Shown one piece after another: positions 47,703 to 50,772 of a DNA stretch of 50,772 nt. Origin of the DNA: Salpingoeca rosetta (lineage: Eukaryota > Protista > Choanoflagellata). Under the pieces are notes generated by a model. The model saw only the letters and a program-made list of their open reading frames with translations. It had not been told where the DNA came from and did not search any database. The stretch spans positions 951,278-1,002,049 of the forward strand of contig JAWQFM010000025.1 in NCBI GenBank assembly GCA_033442325.1. Reading direction: 5' to 3'. The translations under genes were made by a program, and so were the position numbers. Position 1 is the first letter of the stretch, and every line of letters starts with the position of its first letter.

Positions 47703-50108
47703 ATGACAACACACACCCCAGACAGGAAGGCGGCCACCAGCTATCACCACAACATCACCACAAACGAGTACGTGGTTCACCTGGCAGGCGACCTCGACGC
47801 CATCACCTCAGACCTTCGCCAAGCCTTTCGCACCTTGGGAGCGCCCGTGCCCACGCACGAGATTGTGAAGATGGCACAGTTGCTGCTCGCCGCCACGAGC
47901 GGGCCCAACCGCACGTACCACTCCACGCAGCATGTCTACGACACGGCGCGTCTTGACGAGGAGCGGGACGTCGTGACGTTCCTGGCGGCCCTGTTTCAGG
48001 ACATTGTGTACTTGCAGCTGGACGAGTGCATCGCGCCCTTTCTCCTGCCCATCTTGCGCCGCTCGCGTCTCTTTTCCCTGCCCCTCGACAGCGTCACCCA
48101 CAGTGCATCAACGGGACGAAGGCCGTCCGACAAGAAGGAGCTGAATGCCGAGGGCCTCACTACGCCCGATGACGCCAGCAGCAGCGCAGCATCCACATCA
48201 AGCAACCATCAAGGCACACTCCTGACAGATGACGAGCTCGTGCAGTACATCGAAGACTCGCCATGCCTCGTTGGATCGACGAGCAAGGCGCTGACCCATC
48301 GGTCGGGCGAGCTCAGCCATCCAAGCCACATTGTGCTGATGGCTGGCAAGGACCTGGCGGACTCCTGGGGGTTTGTGACGGCCGTGAGCAACAACGACGA
48401 CGACGACAAGCGGGCCAAGACGGCAAAGTGCAACGCCAACCGTGACTGTGAGTTGGGCCTAGAACAGGTTTGCTCGGGCGAGGACACGGCAAAGACACAG
48501 GACAGCAGATGCAGCAGCAACAGCAAATACAGCAGCAACAGCAACAGCAGCAGCAGCAGCAGCAGTGAGAACAGCAGCAGCAGCTACAGCAACAGCAGCA
48601 GCAAGTACAAGATTGACGGCAGGAGGAGCAACGGTACGAGCATCGACAATGGCAACAACGCCATCCCTCGGCACAAGTGCCGTCGCACACTTGTTCCCGT
48701 GTCGGCTGCGGAGCAAGATCTGATCAGCAGGCGGCTGGCCGCCATTGACACGTGGTGGATGACGAGGAAGCCCTGCGCACGCAAGAGCGGGGGGCACGGT
48801 GGTGAAGTTGAGGATGCGGAGGCGGAGCAGGAGGCGTGCGTGCTGAGCGAGAGTTCGGTGGCCGCGCGTCGCATGCTCGGACAGCAGCTGTGCTACCGCG
48901 TGTTTGGGTTTGTGCCCGGCGAGGTGCTTCCCTTTGATATTGGGACGCGAGGGATGAACGAGTTTCTGAGCTGCGTGGTGGCGATGGACATGCTCGCGCC
49001 CTGGCTGGACGACGTGCAGCTGCTGCACGTGTGCGCGTGCATCAAGGCGACGGTTCACTTTGGCGGCCGCAGCAGCATCACCACCTTGTATGAGCGGTGT
49101 GCGGAGGCGATGAGCACCGACCTCCAGCTGGACGTGCTGTGGACGTCGCGTGACATCCACGAGAGCACGAGGTACATCGTCGAGTGCGCCTGCAACGTGG
49201 CGGCAAGGGACGTGAGCAACATGGCTGCCCGCGACACCCGCGTGTTCCTGGCCAACACCTGGCGGCTGTTGCCGGAGCAGCATGCACAACTTCGCTCCCG
49301 CATGACGTTCACGCTGACGGAGTGGATGGGGGCCATGCTGCACCAGCTCACCTTCTTCCAGCACCTCGAGACGAAGCCCTTCCTCATCTTTCCTCGCTTT
49401 GCGCAGTGCAGGAGTCGCGAGGAGCAGCAGCGGCTGGAGGAAAGCGCAGTGCGCAACCTTCGCCGCGGGGCTGCGTACGTGGCGTGCCGGCTCGTCACCG
49501 CCAGCATCATGCACGCCGTGCTTGCGCGCGGGCACCTTGCCAAGGACAGCACGCCGCTGTTTGCCTTCCTCCCCAATGGCATGGGTGGTCCCGTGCCAGC
49601 AGAGCTGATGGACCTGCACGACCGTGAAGGAGACGAAGAAGAAGAAGAAGAGCAGCACGGCCACGACACGTTCGGCTTGGGCACCACGCCACCACCATCC
49701 AGACCCTCCTCACGGAGACAGCACGTGGCGCGAGGCTTTGACTGTGTGGATGACGATGGCTGCACCCCGTGGCACGAGTACACGGAGGCGCTGCTCATGC
49801 ACGGGTTTGATGACCTCGGCGGAGCAGATTGTGATGTGAGCGCGTGCGAGGCGTCGCTGATGGTGTTTCGGAGCATCTTGAGGGAGTGTGATGGTGGTGG
49901 TGACACACGCGAGGTTAAGGGTGGGCGACGTGACGCTGGTGCTGCTGCTGGTGCTGGCTTTGATGGCTCGAGCGACAACAAAGCTTGCTTTGCTCAATGT
50001 GTTCGGGCGAGCGTCGCTTATTACGAGGGGAAGCTGGACCTCTACGCCTTCTTGAGGCAGATGCCAAGATCGGCGGTGGATGCCATGACCCTCTTTGTCT
50101 GTGGCGTG

Positions 50109-50114
<6 letters not shown>
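47703..50114 (+). CDS. Protein with a bacterial-type HD-like phosphohydrolase fold split by a long Ser/Asn-rich insert; probably continues in further exons toward the window end
   Basis: 803-codon ORF with SGPNRTYHSTQHVY, LAALFQDIVYLQLD, GMNEFLSCVVA, ACIKATVHF and AARDV..FLANTWRLLPE, recalling an uncharacterised bacterial HD family (R.FH...H / LAALFHDIVY / NEFLS / RDV..FL.NTW.LLPE). A gtgagt donor lies near 50111, with possible exons at ~50190-50291 and ~50477-50596. Confidence 0.7.
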
Positions 50115-50188
<74 letters not shown>

Positions 50189-50304
50189 ACAGCGTTGACG
50201 ATCGTTTCGGGCGTAACTTAATCCAACGTTGCAATTGTGTTGCCAGTGCTCGTATTTTCGAAAGCGCGCCCACGATCCCGTCATTTCCGAGGTCAGTGCG
50301 TGCA

Positions 50305-50335
<31 letters not shown>

Positions 50336-50772
50336 CTTGCAGCTGTTGCGTGTGCCTCTCACTCACTTACCCACCCACCGACTCACCATATTCACACACA
50401 CCCACCCCTCACACATACTCAAACACACGCACACGCGCACGAATGCACTCTTCCCATCCCTGATGTGTGATGACAGCTGCTGCAACGACCAGCCGTGTCA
50501 GCGTGCGGCAAAGAGGATGCCATTGGTGTGACGTTGAAGTGCCACGTACACTGTGCAAGCCGCAACCTCGCCACCGTGCTTCACACGCCCGAGAAGGTGT
50601 GGCTCTGTTTGTGTGTGGGTGCGAGTGTGTGTGTGGGTGCGAGTGTGTGTGTGTGTGTGTGTGTGCGTGCTTTTGTGTGTGCGTGTGTGTGTGCGTGCGT
50701 GCGAGTGTGTGTGTGTGGGTGCAAGTGTGCGTGTGTGTGCGTGCGTGCGTTTGTGTGTGTGTGTGTGCGCGT

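Overview
Eukaryotic, intron-rich genomic DNA with GC-rich coding regions and very dense (GT)n/(CA)n, (CAC)n/(GGT)n and (CAA)n microsatellites, plus four assembly gaps of about 100 N. Gene content (CFAP58, SEC23IP/DDHD-like, SVOP-like, MGAT2-like, LRR-TM-TKL kinase) and repeat style suggest a flagellated unicellular holozoan, most likely a choanoflagellate such as Salpingoeca; this is inference. Left to right: a 5'-truncated CRE-like non-LTR retrotransposon; an intronless MGAT2-like glycosyltransferase; a SAM methyltransferase (-); a secreted 7-repeat beta-propeller protein; a multi-exon WWE/DDHD (SEC23IP-like) gene with a degenerate lipase motif; a multi-exon DUF4062-NACHT-TPR gene (-); an SVOP-like MFS transporter; an intronless CRT-like transporter; an LRR receptor kinase; CFAP58; and a bacterial-type HD-like protein that runs toward the window end. 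The most striking unexplained pattern is a polarity in which G/T repeats follow exon ends and C/A repeats precede exon starts, with many 3' splice sites lacking a U-rich polypyrimidine tract. All family calls are from motif recognition by eye, and exon boundaries are hand-inferred from GT-AG sites. No rRNA, tRNA or CRISPR array was recognised.
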